A stretch of 64,000 bases of DNA from the human T2T-CHM13v2.0 reference genome, Homo sapiens: NCBI RefSeq assembly GCF_009914755.1, contig NC_060945.1; one strand, 5' to 3'. Below are positions 61,836 through 64,000 of this stretch, in pieces; position 1 is the first letter of the stretch, and each line of letters starts with the position of its first letter. The notes beneath the pieces were generated by a model. It was not told the origin of the DNA. It was given only the letters and a program-made list of their open reading frames with translations, and ran no database searches. Position numbers and translations under genes: made by a program.

Positions 61836-63648
61836 AGAAGCCAGTCCAGAGGGACCAGGCTCATCCCTTATATGACTTCATGAGAAAAGTGCATTCCTCA
61901 AGAACCAAGTGTAATTCCTCATCTCTCACTGGCTCATAGAATAAGAGACAGTGGAACCCAAAACGGCCAGCCAGTGGCGCCCCCGTGTGTGGCTGGGCTG
62001 CTGCTCCCGCCCAGCGCTATCCGGCAGAGCTTTCTGTGGATGACTGACGTGCTCCACAGCTGGTATCCAGCAAGGCAGCCACTAACCAGATGTGGCTCAT
62101 GTTCCAGGAAATAAGTGTTTAATTTTACTAACTTTGAACTTAATTTTAAATAGGCACCTGAGGTAGGGGGCCGCTATCCCAGGAAGCACCTCTATCCCTC
62201 AGTCCATGCCACACAGGAATCTGGGGAGGGAGAGCTAAGCTGGGGGTACATGGCATGCGGTGTAAGCCTGGCTATAAAGAGAACTACAGGCACCTTTTAA
62301 CAAAAAAGTCACTGATGCTCTTGTGCAACCTACAATTGGGAGGCGTTTTAAGTGAGTGTACCATGATCTGGCCCAGGCCAGTTTCTCTACACCTCGTCTG
62401 GCAGCTCTGGGGGCTGGCCCAGGGCAGGACCCCTGCCCATCACTTCGACTCTAATCACGATACAGCCTGCATTGAAGTTCATCACCCACGGCAAACTCCA
62501 GGGGCCACTCACAAAGACAAACTCCTGGGTCTTTAAAAAAATAATCCAGAAGTACAACTGCATATGCATTCAGTACTAGAAAAAAACATGTATCTTTTCA
62601 TATCCAAAACCAGCACTAAGGATGCAATGAATGAAGGAAAAAGATATAGGTTACTGCTATCACCCTGTGCATGTATGTTCTGAGTTTTCATAAGATAACA
62701 AGAAGAAAGAGGCATAAATGCAATATGAAATTTTTTGTCATACTAAAAATAAAGAAAGAGCAGAAAACGGTGTGGGGGGCACCCTGCCAGCAGGGCATTT
62801 TTCTGGGACACCCCATCCCCACCAGCTTCTGCTCCCTTTTACGCTTGCTCTCTGAGAATCCGCTGCTTGAAGAATCCCAAAAGATCAAGGACAAATGGAA
62901 ATCAGAGCCAAATTCCCATTTCCCACTCACCTTCCCAAACATACATGGGTTCCAAAGAGAGAAAAACACTCGCATGTGAGTTTCAGAAAAAGAGGACAAG
63001 GGCCCAGGTTAGCTGGAAGCCACCACTTCTGAATAAGGGGAATTTCTTCGAATCCACGTGGGCCATTGTCTCCAGCAATAAGCCTCCACACCCCCACGAG
63101 TGTGGGTTCTCCTCAACTTGGCGCTCTGCTGCTAGGTAAAGAGGACTAGAAAAACTTGTCATGACGACTGCCCGCTCATCAAGAGAAGCACTCAGGGTTT
63201 TCCGAATAGTAATTGTAAAAGATAAGAATTCTTAAGAAGAAAATATTAGTTAACAGTCAGAAGGCAATTCTTGACTGCCAATCACTTAAATATCCAACAA
63301 AAGAGAAGTGTCCCAGCAAAATCTAACATCATACAGCTTTAAAGTGATGCCAGAGATAGTAACAGTAGGAAAAAGGCCTAAGATGTGGTGAGCCAGACTG
63401 TGCACACAAAGAAAAGTAAGCAGTAAGATGGGAGGTGCAGCTAGAGCTCCGCTATGCAAAAATGCAGAGTTTAAAACAAACAAACAAAAAAGGAACAGCA
63501 AAGCTACAGCACAGCAAACAGCCTGGCATTCCAGTGGGCGCGGCTGACTGCAGGGCCGCACGAGAGAACTTCCTGGGATGAAGTCGAGGTCTGTAACTCA
63601 GCTGTGGTGGTGCTTATACAACTGTAGACACTCAAAAGTCTCTAAACT

Positions 63649-63935
<287 letters not shown>

Positions 63936-64000
63936 GTCTCTGAACTGTACACTTAAAATTGTTGAGTCTTACTGAATGTAAACTATATGTCATCAGTGCT

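Noticed and set aside
62055-62180. Possible MER3/MER33-like hAT remnant
   Set aside because: Too degenerate to call by eye.

Overview
Human (primate) genomic DNA, recognisable as chr21q22.3. The window holds the 3' part of PRDM15 (PR/SET-domain zinc-finger transcription factor) on the minus strand. I traced 19 coding exons from 61553 down to the stop codon at 15607. All have GT-AG boundaries and consistent phases, total 2888 nt (~960 aa) and encode ~17 C2H2-type fingers. A ~3 kb 3'UTR ends near an AATAAA at 12616-12621. The PR/SET domain and promoter lie beyond the right edge. Bases 1-12.5 kb are intergenic and repeat-rich: Alus, old L1, a MuDR-type Ricksha transposon with captured MaLR sequence, a solo ERV1 LTR and a G-rich minisatellite. 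The introns are unusually full of tandem repeats. The most interesting signals concern splicing: (i) a ~32-copy 47-bp minisatellite that places CACUAAC (branch-point/SF1/QKI motif) in nearly every unit of the pre-mRNA; (ii) tandem copies of an exon end plus its 5' splice site, one of them in frame; (iii) kb-scale UG/GGU-rich arrays and an acceptor with UG repeats instead of a proximal pyrimidine tract; (iv) a near-adjacent inverted Alu pair including a young AluYd. There are no prokaryotic features, CRISPR arrays or structural RNA genes. Repeat family names come from recognition by eye, not from a database search.
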